This document shows, piece after piece, positions 39,997 through 48,442 of a stretch of 64,000 nucleotides of DNA. The notes beneath the pieces were generated by a model. The model saw only the letters and a program-made list of their open reading frames with translations, was not told the DNA's origin and did not search any database. Both the position numbers and the translations under genes were made by a program. Position 1 is the first letter of the stretch. Each line of letters begins with the position of its first letter. The stretch comes from an uncultured Mycoplasma sp. (GTDB taxonomy: Bacteria > Bacillota_I > Bacilli_A > RF39 > UBA660): positions 705 through 64,704 of the forward strand of contig CAMMXG010000001.1 in assembly GCA_946500895.1 (NCBI GenBank), given 5' to 3'.

Positions 39997-41016
39997 TTAT
40001 TCCATCTTTTTGGTTTCTTCTAGTAACAAATCAAAATCTGATTTATATAATCTATCTTGCTTAACACGATATTTTTCAAATTCACTTAAAGCTTTATCAC
40101 AAGCTATTTTCTTTGATATTTTACCAGCATCTTTTAATATATCTCTGTTATCTAATAATAAATATTTATCCAATAAATTGCTCCAATCTTCCATAGTCAT
40201 TGGAATATTTCTTCTAGCTCTAGATTCAGCTAAATCTAAGAATGAAGAAACGATCAATTCTAATTCTTTAATTTCTTCTTTCGATAAATAATTTTTAGCA
40301 ATAACAACATCTGTTTCTAAAATTTTTCCATCAGGTGCATTTCTCCAAGAAGTAAGTCCCATATGTTCTTTTTTATGATCTACACGATTATATATAAGTT
40401 CAGCTGCAGTTTGATAAGATACAGAATAATGCATTTTATTCTGCACTTTCTTAAAGAATATAATAGTTATAGGAGAATTTCTATCATAATCAATACTAGT
40501 TGCATAAATATCCGTAATTTTTTGATAAAATCTTCTTTCAGATAATCTTATTTCTCTAATTTCAGCAAGCAACTTATCAAAATAATCCTGGTTAATGAAA
40601 GAACCGTTTTTCATTCTTTCCTTATCTAAAACATAACCTTGAATTGTAAATGTTCTTAAAACTCCAGTTGCCCATCTTCTAAATTGGGTTGCTCTCACAG
40701 AATTTACTCTATATCCTACTGAAATGATAGCATCTAAATTATAAAACTCTACATTTCTTTTAACGTTTCTATTACCTTCTTTTTGAACTAATTCCATTTT
40801 GGAATAAGTTGAATCCTTCTCTAATTCTTTTTCATTATAAATATTAATTAAATGTTTAGCAATAGCAGGTTGCTCAACATCAAATAACTCCGCCATTGCT
40901 TTTTGTGTCATCCATAAAGTTTCATTTTCATAACGAACTTGAATCCCTTTTTCTTTTTCATCTACCTTAAATGTAAGAAATTCCTCTGCACTACTTCTAA
41001 TCATTAAATCTTTCAC
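39997..41016 (-). CDS. RhuM-family protein (virulence/Fic-DOC-associated family)
   Basis: 339 aa. N-terminal 'FLTFKVDEKEKGIQVRYENETLWMTQKAMAELFDV' is the characteristic RhuM start. Confidence 0.55.
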   Translation of the reverse strand: MKDLMIRSSAEEFLTFKVDEKEKGIQVRYENETLWMTQKAMAELFDVEQPAIAKHLINIYNEKELEKDSTYSKMELVQKEGNRNVKRNVEFYNLDAIISVGYRVNSVRATQFRRWATGVLRTFTIQGYVLDKERMKNGSFINQDYFDKLLAEIREIRLSERRFYQKITDIYATSIDYDRNSPITIIFFKKVQNKMHYSVSYQTAAELIYNRVDHKKEHMGLTSWRNAPDGKILETDVVIAKNYLSKEEIKELELIVSSFLDLAESRARRNIPMTMEDWSNLLDKYLLLDNRDILKDAGKISKKIACDKALSEFEKYRVKQDRLYKSDFDLLLEETKKME

Positions 41017-41185
41017 TTTATCATCTCCGTTCTTTTAAATTTTATTTTTTTATCAATCTCTATCATATTCACATAAATATAATTTGCCTACTACCTAAAT
41101 CAAGTATACCACCCAAGAAAGAAAAGATAAAGCTTTTTAACGGCAAAGGATTAATAATTCTCAGTAATAATTTAGAATATTAGGC

Positions 41186-41213
41186 ATGGAAAAAGCTACC
41201 AATAAAGTAGCTT
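41186..41213 (-). terminator. rho-independent terminator after the second BceAB-like operon
   Basis: AAGCTACC-AATAA-AGTAGCTT hairpin followed on the minus strand by TTTTTCC. Confidence 0.45.
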
Positions 41214-41247
41214 CTGAAGCAGATGTTTTTTAAGATACCTACTTTTT

Positions 41248-43212
41248 TCATTCCATAATATTTTTCTTAAATCCAAAGTAAGTTGCCATAAAATAAATCG
41301 CATAAATCATTAAAAATAAAATTAAATTACTAAAGAAATAAACTAAATAAACTGTATCATTTGCTAAAATTAATTTAAATAAATCATTGAGTGATGTAAT
41401 GGTACAAATACTTACAACGATTGGATAAACTAAAGGAAATAAGAAAAATAATAATAATTGTTTACGAACAGTTTTAAATAACTCTTTATCTCTAACTCCG
41501 AGCTTTCGGAGAACTGTATAACGATATTTATATTTAGTAGAATCACTTAAAGATTGTATAGCTAAAATTGTACCTACTACTGCTGTAAAAATAAATGCTA
41601 CATAATAAAATACAAAACTAGTAATTGTCATAAATCCATTATTATTCGCTTCTTCTTGTCCTCTTACCACAATATTAGATAAAGAATAACACACTTGATA
41701 ACCATATTCATTCTCTTCGCAAAAATCAGGTGATGCAAAAGCAATTAATTCATTTGCTAACTCTTCGGTTGTATCTTCTTCAGTATCAATAATTAAATGA
41801 GATTCACTAACAAGTAACCCTTCTGTTGCTCTATCAGGAACCACAATAATATAACCATATCCATAAGCCCACGAAGAAGTATACCCTTCGGTTCGAAATT
41901 CTTTTAAATGAAGATTTACCCCATTTGATAAAGTAATATTTTCTATCTCTTCAACATCTAAAGTATCCTTATATTCTCTTGTCGCATGTAAAAGATATTC
42001 CCCTTCATCTAAAGAAACAGGATCCATTCCCCTCATTTCTAATAATTTATTATAAGAACTAAGAGAAATGACTAAATCAGACGTTCTCCAAGTATCACCA
42101 ATTAAATTTAAAATATTATTCGCTGAATCTACGTAAGCATCATATTCGAATGTTTCAAGTATGGTATAATCTTCATCTACTAAATTGACATATTCTGAAA
42201 ATTTTGCTTTATCATCATTGATATTAATATCATAAGGTGCAGCAAGTTCTATTTGATAATCAAACATTCCTTTAAATAAACTAGACATATTAAGTGATAC
42301 AAGTGTTAATGTAATAAGAAGTGTAAGTGTACCCAAAGTAAAACTCATTGTTTTCACTTTCGAACGAAATGTTCTTGCTACAAACAAATTATCAGAAGTA
42401 TATTTTAATCTTTTATTTTTCAATACAAAATTTAAAATAAAATCAGCAAGCGTAAAAGTAATACCATAAATACTAACAGCAAGCATACCTATACATAAAA
42501 AGATTGTACCCATATTAGGTTCCGTTCCTATATGAAATTCTCCATCAAACAAACAAATGGCATAAATTCCTAAAGCTAAAGAAATAATAAATCCAATATT
42601 TCTAATATTTTTATGCTTTATCATATTCTTTTCATTTTGACGTTCAAAATATAATAAATCATACACTTTCATCTTCTTTATTCTTCTATTCGATAAAAAT
42701 AATACAATTAAATAAATAATACCAAAATAGAGCATGGATAAAAACAAAGCATTACTATTGAAATCCATTAAAACTTGATAAGGAAGATCAAAAATGTTCA
42801 TAATAATCGCTGAAAACAAAATACTAAAAAGATATCCAATAGGAATAGAAACTAAAAAAGCAAAAACACCTAAAAACAAATTTTCTAAAGTAAACATTCT
42901 AGATATTTGCCTCTTCTTAATTCCTAAAACCATATAAGTGCCAAATTCATGACTTCTTTTACTAAACATAAACTTTGTCGTATAATTTATTAGGAAACAA
43001 ACAACTAAAATAATAAAAGCATTAACAAAATACATCACATACTTAAAATTATCCATCACACTACTTAAATTAAGTACATCTTCACTATTTGAAATTAAAT
43101 TAAAAGCAAAGATAAAAGAAAAAGCAAGAGTTACTGTAATTAAATAGATAATGTAATCTTTAATACTTCTTTTAGCATTACGAACCCCCAACTTACTTAG
43201 CAAGAGAATCAT
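41248..43212 (-). CDS. BceB-like ABC permease (second copy)
   Basis: 654 aa, same FtsX 4TM-loop-4TM architecture as 32693-34756. Confidence 0.6.
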   Translation of the reverse strand: MILLLSKLGVRNAKRSIKDYIIYLITVTLAFSFIFAFNLISNSEDVLNLSSVMDNFKYVMYFVNAFIILVVCFLINYTTKFMFSKRSHEFGTYMVLGIKKRQISRMFTLENLFLGVFAFLVSIPIGYLFSILFSAIIMNIFDLPYQVLMDFNSNALFLSMLYFGIIYLIVLFLSNRRIKKMKVYDLLYFERQNEKNMIKHKNIRNIGFIISLALGIYAICLFDGEFHIGTEPNMGTIFLCIGMLAVSIYGITFTLADFILNFVLKNKRLKYTSDNLFVARTFRSKVKTMSFTLGTLTLLITLTLVSLNMSSLFKGMFDYQIELAAPYDININDDKAKFSEYVNLVDEDYTILETFEYDAYVDSANNILNLIGDTWRTSDLVISLSSYNKLLEMRGMDPVSLDEGEYLLHATREYKDTLDVEEIENITLSNGVNLHLKEFRTEGYTSSWAYGYGYIIVVPDRATEGLLVSESHLIIDTEEDTTEELANELIAFASPDFCEENEYGYQVCYSLSNIVVRGQEEANNNGFMTITSFVFYYVAFIFTAVVGTILAIQSLSDSTKYKYRYTVLRKLGVRDKELFKTVRKQLLLFFLFPLVYPIVVSICTITSLNDLFKLILANDTVYLVYFFSNLILFLMIYAIYFMATYFGFKKNIME

Positions 43213-43960
43213 CTCCTCCTAAAAAAGTTAATACATCTAGTATTTCATTAAAAAATTCTTTTCTAGACTTTTCTCCTTTTAATATTTCATTAAATATTTT
43301 TCCATCTTTAATAAATATAACTCTTTTACAAAAACTAGCACTAAAAGAATCATGAGTAACCATTAAAATAGTTGCATTTAATCTTTCATTCATTTCATCC
43401 ATAGTTTCCAAAAGCATTCTTGAAGACTTAGAGTCTAAGGCACCCGTTGGTTCATCAGCTAAAATAAGTTTAGGTTCATTAATCAAAGCTCTTGCACACG
43501 CACACCTTTGTTTTTGACCACCACTGACTTCATAAGGAAATTTATCAAGAATGTCACTAATTCCTAATTTTTTTGCAATATCATCAACTTTTTTATCAAC
43601 CTTTAAAACATCTTCATGATTAATAATTAAAGATAAAGCAATATTTTCCTCGATAGTAAGAGTATCGAGTAAATTAAAATCTTGAAAGATAAAGCCTAAA
43701 TTTTCTCTTCGAAAATCTGCTAACTCTTCTTCTTTCAATGTTGTGATATCGACTCCATCTAAATAAATATTACCACTAGTAACCATATCAATAGTTGATA
43801 TTGTATTTAAAAGGGTTGTTTTACCACTACCACTTGCACCCATGATAGCAACAAACTCTCCCTCACTAACTAGAAAACTAATGCCATCAACAGCTTTCGT
43901 AATATTACCATGACTACCATAATATTTTTTTAAATTTTGAACTTCCAAAATTTTTTTCAT
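43193..43960 (-). CDS. BceA-like ABC ATP-binding protein (second copy)
   Basis: Walker A 'GASGSGKTT', signature 'VSGGQKQRCACARA'. Start placed at MKKILEV, which has a GGTGATGG RBS. The ORF track's longer N-terminus is unlikely. Confidence 0.75.
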   Translation of the reverse strand: MKKILEVQNLKKYYGSHGNITKAVDGISFLVSEGEFVAIMGASGSGKTTLLNTISTIDMVTSGNIYLDGVDITTLKEEELADFRRENLGFIFQDFNLLDTLTIEENIALSLIINHEDVLKVDKKVDDIAKKLGISDILDKFPYEVSGGQKQRCACARALINEPKLILADEPTGALDSKSSRMLLETMDEMNERLNATILMVTHDSFSASFCKRVIFIKDGKIFNEILKGEKSRKEFFNEILDVLTFLGGDDSLAK

Positions 43961-44018
43961 TTTTCCATCACCACTACCATTATAGCAAACAAAAACTGTA
44001 AAAAATATTACAGTTTTG

Positions 44019-44942
44019 TTATAAAGCAATTAAAGTAATCTCGGTTGGATAAACATTACCACCATGATAACGTAAATAAAACTTATAAGTAGGATCAATC
44101 TCTTTAATCATTTTTGGAATTTTCCACAAATCTTCATTCTTATGATAAACAGAAATTAATAATTTAGGATGATCATTCTTAATATGATTGATAGCTCCCT
44201 TCAAAGCTTCTTGTTCCATTCCTTCAATATCTGCTTTAATGATGGTAATCGCTTCTCCTATATCTTCATCTAACGTAACCATCGGTATCATTCCGTCTGT
44301 AGAAATAAGAACCGTATTCGCTGATGCATCAACCCCACTATTTATAACTGTTATAGCGCCTTTCTTATCACCAACACCTTTTAAATAGCAAACAACATTC
44401 GGATAATCTTTCAAATTAGATACTAACACTTGATAAGTTTCAGGAGTTATTTCATAGGCATAAATTTTTTTGTAAGAATCTCCATAATTACGTAAAAAAG
44501 AAATAGTAGAATCACCTGTATAAGCACCTAAATCAACAAATATCTCATTGTTACATGATGGAATTAAATCCAAATCAAAATAATCATCATAACATTTTTC
44601 TATTACTTCACTAAGTGTATTAAAATCATAATGAACCCAATTATTAAGTACTCCATAAAGTAATTTTTTAGAGCGATAATCTTCTAAATTTAAATACAAT
44701 TCTTCAAAATCATCTACATGTTCCTTTAATTCTTTTACCTTTAACTCAATTTCTTCATAATTGTTATTTTCTATATCCATACTACCCCAATAAAGAAATA
44801 GATTAAAAAATTTCATCATATTTTTCTTAGCAACGTCATCAATTTTATCAAATGAAGAACGTATTTGATGATATAATTCTTCCTTACTTAAACTCCTAAT
44901 TTCTTGAAGCAACAATGCAAACTTCAAATCTATTTGATTCAT
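44019..44942 (-). CDS. FkbM-family methyltransferase
   Basis: 307 aa. C-terminal half has a Rossmann-like 'VDLGAYTGDSTISFL' SAM-binding motif. Overlaps the upstream ATPase gene by 11 nt. Confidence 0.5.
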   Translation of the reverse strand: MNQIDLKFALLLQEIRSLSKEELYHQIRSSFDKIDDVAKKNMMKFFNLFLYWGSMDIENNNYEEIELKVKELKEHVDDFEELYLNLEDYRSKKLLYGVLNNWVHYDFNTLSEVIEKCYDDYFDLDLIPSCNNEIFVDLGAYTGDSTISFLRNYGDSYKKIYAYEITPETYQVLVSNLKDYPNVVCYLKGVGDKKGAITVINSGVDASANTVLISTDGMIPMVTLDEDIGEAITIIKADIEGMEQEALKGAINHIKNDHPKLLISVYHKNEDLWKIPKMIKEIDPTYKFYLRYHGGNVYPTEITLIAL

Positions 44943-44987
44943 ATATTTAAATCCTCCAGTTAAATATATGAAAAAATCGTTATAAAA

Positions 44988-47612
44988 TTACTCATCCCTA
45001 AAATATTTATTTAATACTGGTTTTAATAACTCAATAATAGCAAAACTAAATATATTAACAATAATAACAAAAAGAAACTCACCCATAGAAATGGAGGTTA
45101 ACGAAAATATTTTTCCAATCGGTGTTAAAAATACAAGTAGTTGTACAACCAGTAAAACAGCGATTCCAACATTTAAATATTTATTAGAGAAGAATCCTCT
45201 ATCTTTAATTTGTTCTTTTAAACTTCGACAATTATAAGCAAAAATAAATTCATTTATTACAATACTAAGTAAAGCAAGTGTTTGAGCAAGTTCTACAGAC
45301 TCACCTACAAATAAAGCATAAACAATCATCGATATTCCAGCCTCAACAATAACCGAAGTAATTAAAAAGGATATAAAGTATGGCGTAAAAATTGGTTTAT
45401 TAAGCCCATTTGGTTTCCTTTTCATATTATTTTTAGAAGCACTCTCAAAAGCAAGCATAATAGACGGAACAGTATCCGCTACCAAATCAATATACAAAAC
45501 ATGAAGAGGTAAAATAATATTCTGACTCAAAAACATGCCAACAATAATAATGACAATTTCGGTAAAATTACTAGATAAATTATAAAAAACATTACTAATT
45601 ACATTATCATATATTCTTCTACCTTCATCAACCGCTGTAACAATCGTTGAAAAAGAATCATCTAAAAGAAGAATATCTGCCACATTTTTTGTTACATCAG
45701 TACCATTTTTGCCCATTCCTACTGCTACACTGGCAAGCTTCATCGCTGGAGCATCATTGACACCATCTCCAGTCATCGCAACAACTTTGCCCTCACTCTT
45801 TAATGATTCAATAATTTGATATTTCTGCTCTGGTGTAACTCTAGCAAAAACACGATAATTTTTAACAAGTTCTTTCATTTCTTTATCAGTTATATGCTCA
45901 AATGAGGTAAGTTCTATTCCCATATTATCACTATCTACAATTCCTACTTCTTTAGCGATAGCCCGACCTGTTTCAATATTATCACCCGTAATCATATAAA
46001 CATCAATATGTGCATTTTTACAAATCTTGATAGCTTCTTTAACATCATTACGCGCCGGATCTTTAAAACCGATAAGACCAACAAAGACAAGATCATTTTC
46101 TTCTTTCTGATAATCTTCGTCATCTTTAATATTCTTATCATTTTTTTTATAAGCAAAAGCTAATACTTTTAAAGCATGATTAGAATACTCTTTTTCTTTT
46201 TCCTCCAATTTTTTTTTATCGTCTTTCCCAAGTTTCTTTTCTTTTCCGTCTATCAAAATAGAAGAACTTCTACTTAAAACGGAATCCAAACTTCCTTTAA
46301 CATACTTATATCTTTCTTGACCATTTTGATTAATTGTACTCATCATTTTTCTTTCCGAATCAAAAGGAATTTCCATAACTCTTGGATTTTCTTTTTCTAG
46401 ATTTTCTTTTAAAATATTGTGTTTTGCTAAATAGTTAGCAACTGCTACTTCTACTGCATCTCCATAATATTTTTTATGTTCATCTAACACAGCATTATTA
46501 CACAAACCAATAATACGTACAAGCAATGGATAACGATGAAAATCAAAATGATCTGGTTGATAATCTTCATAATTTACAAAAAGACGAATAACTTCCATTT
46601 GATTGGTTGTAATTGTTCCTGTTTTATCCGAACAAATAATTTCTGTTGCACCTAAAGTTTCAATTGCCGCCATATTTCTTACCACTGCTTTCTTCTTGGC
46701 CATGGCACTAACTCCAATTGATAAAGTAGCAGTAATCGCAATTGGTAAAGACTCCGGTACACTTGCAACAATCATAGAAATAGAAAGCATAATTAAAGAT
46801 AAAACATCATAATCTTTTACAATTCCAAAAATAAGAACAAATATTACTAAAAAAATAGCTAAAACCGAAATAAAAGTACTAATTTTTTTAACCTTTACTT
46901 GTAAAGGCGTAATCGGTTCTTCATTTTTATTTAAAGAATTAGCAATTTTTCCCATTTCGGTAGACATTCCAGTACTAGTTACAACTGCTATAACTTTGCC
47001 TGTAACGAGATTTGTTCCCGCAAAAATCATATTGCTTATTTCATGAATATTTTTCTTACCCATGATTACTTCATCACTTTTACTAACATAACCACTTTCA
47101 CCAGTTAAAATAGATTCATCTACTTTCGCAAACATCGCATCTATCACTCTTGCATCAGCAGGAACTTTATCACCAGCCTCTAAAACCAAGATATCACCAA
47201 CTACTAAATATCGAGAATCAACTTCTTTTTGTATGCCATCTCTTTTTACTGTTACTTTCGTTGTAGTATATTGTTTTAATTTTTCAATGGCATCTTCTGC
47301 TTTACTTTCTTGAAAATACCCCATCAAAATATTAACAAAGGTACAACCTAAAATAACAATCGGATCCAAATAATCCCCATCACCAAGAATAGCATAAATA
47401 AGTGATAAAACACCTACTACAAGTAACAAAATAATCATTAAGTTTTGAAATTGTTTTAAAAAAATACTGATTTTTGTTTTCTTTTTTCCCTCTTCTAATA
47501 TATTAAGTCCATTTTGATTTAATCTAGACTTTGCTTCTTCTTCGGTTAGACCATTTTCACAAGTATTTAAATCTTGATAAATTTCTTTTATTTCCAGATT
47601 ATAATATTTCAT
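44988..47612 (-). CDS. P-type cation-transporting ATPase (Ca2+-ATPase, type IIA-like)
   Basis: 'CSDKTGTITTNQM' phosphorylation motif, 'TGDN', 'GDGVNDAPAMK', 10 TM. Start chosen at MKYYNL (AGGTGA RBS). Confidence 0.85.
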   Translation of the reverse strand: MKYYNLEIKEIYQDLNTCENGLTEEEAKSRLNQNGLNILEEGKKKTKISIFLKQFQNLMIILLLVVGVLSLIYAILGDGDYLDPIVILGCTFVNILMGYFQESKAEDAIEKLKQYTTTKVTVKRDGIQKEVDSRYLVVGDILVLEAGDKVPADARVIDAMFAKVDESILTGESGYVSKSDEVIMGKKNIHEISNMIFAGTNLVTGKVIAVVTSTGMSTEMGKIANSLNKNEEPITPLQVKVKKISTFISVLAIFLVIFVLIFGIVKDYDVLSLIMLSISMIVASVPESLPIAITATLSIGVSAMAKKKAVVRNMAAIETLGATEIICSDKTGTITTNQMEVIRLFVNYEDYQPDHFDFHRYPLLVRIIGLCNNAVLDEHKKYYGDAVEVAVANYLAKHNILKENLEKENPRVMEIPFDSERKMMSTINQNGQERYKYVKGSLDSVLSRSSSILIDGKEKKLGKDDKKKLEEKEKEYSNHALKVLAFAYKKNDKNIKDDEDYQKEENDLVFVGLIGFKDPARNDVKEAIKICKNAHIDVYMITGDNIETGRAIAKEVGIVDSDNMGIELTSFEHITDKEMKELVKNYRVFARVTPEQKYQIIESLKSEGKVVAMTGDGVNDAPAMKLASVAVGMGKNGTDVTKNVADILLLDDSFSTIVTAVDEGRRIYDNVISNVFYNLSSNFTEIVIIIVGMFLSQNIILPLHVLYIDLVADTVPSIMLAFESASKNNMKRKPNGLNKPIFTPYFISFLITSVIVEAGISMIVYALFVGESVELAQTLALLSIVINEFIFAYNCRSLKEQIKDRGFFSNKYLNVGIAVLLVVQLLVFLTPIGKIFSLTSISMGEFLFVIIVNIFSFAIIELLKPVLNKYFRDE

Positions 47613-47705
47613 ATCATCACCTAATCTAGTATAGCACAAATCATAACAAGTTTCTTAAAAAGCCAAAAAGGTATACTAAATTTGACAAAAAAAAGGACTT
47701 ACGTC

Positions 47706-48257
47706 CTAAATATAAATATTCTCTTCTCTTCTTTTTGGTGCCTCATAATTAATTGGATCTTTATATTTTTCCACCAAGCAAACTTTATTTTCTGCTAAAC
47801 TCTTTGGTACATCAATAACCCTTTGATTTTTAGAACCTTTAAAATATAAAGAAAGACTTTTTTCTTTTAAGATAAATTTTCCATCGACTAAAACATCGAT
47901 ATAATTAAGAAACTCTCTTCTATCCTTATCTTCTAGCATCTCTTCATATAAAAAGCCGGTATAACACCAAACATTAAGACCTATGCTTTTAGCATATTTA
48001 GCAATAACAGCACATTCTTTAGACTGATAAACGGGATCTCCTCCAGAGAATGTTATTCCATCTTGACCTTCTAATTCATCTAAGGCTAGTAGCACATCCT
48101 CAACATCTACAAGCATACCACCATCAAAAGACCAAGTAGATGGATTTTGACATCCAGGGCAATGATGACCACAACCTTGAGTCCATAATACTGCTCGGAT
48201 ACCTTCTCCATCTACAATCGAATCTCTTTGAATATCGCTAGCTAAACGAATTTGCAT
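47706..48257 (-). CDS. nrdG: anaerobic ribonucleoside-triphosphate reductase activating protein (radical-SAM)
   Basis: 183 aa. 'CGHHCPGCQN' radical-SAM Cys cluster. Immediately downstream of nrdD. Confidence 0.8.
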   Translation of the reverse strand: MQIRLASDIQRDSIVDGEGIRAVLWTQGCGHHCPGCQNPSTWSFDGGMLVDVEDVLLALDELEGQDGITFSGGDPVYQSKECAVIAKYAKSIGLNVWCYTGFLYEEMLEDKDRREFLNYIDVLVDGKFILKEKSLSLYFKGSKNQRVIDVPKSLAENKVCLVEKYKDPINYEAPKRREENIYI

Positions 48258-48427
48258 TATGCTGCCTTATCGTTTAAAATACCTTTAACAGAATGTTTTA
48301 CACGATCTCTTTCTTCGGCTTTTTTACCATTATTAAATCTATCAGTTGTGCCAACCAAATAACCAGTTATTCTTCTAATTCTTTCAAATTTAACCCCTTC
48401 ACCAACAATTCTTTCACTATCTTTCAT
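48257..48427 (-). CDS. stand-alone 56-aa glycyl-radical motif protein (NrdD C-terminal domain homolog)
   Basis: Not in the supplied ORF track (<60 aa). Translation MKDSERIVGEGVKFERIRRITGYLVGTTDRFNNGKKAEERDRVKHSVKGILNDKAA. 'RRITGYLVG' matches the RVxGY glycyl-radical motif and 'NGKK..E..DR..H' matches the NrdD C-terminal tail. Own RBS AAGGGAAGGA 7 nt upstream. Confidence 0.5.
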   Translation of the reverse strand: MKDSERIVGEGVKFERIRRITGYLVGTTDRFNNGKKAEERDRVKHSVKGILNDKAA

Positions 48428-48442
48428 TTTTATCCTTCCCTT

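Noticed and set aside
43193-44029. Long N-terminal extension (MLYNKTVIFFTVFVCYNGSGDGK) of the second BceA-like ATPase
   Set aside because: The extension has no RBS. The internal ATG (43960) has GGTGATGG upstream and aligns with the start of the first BceA copy. The extension is likely an ORF-caller artefact.
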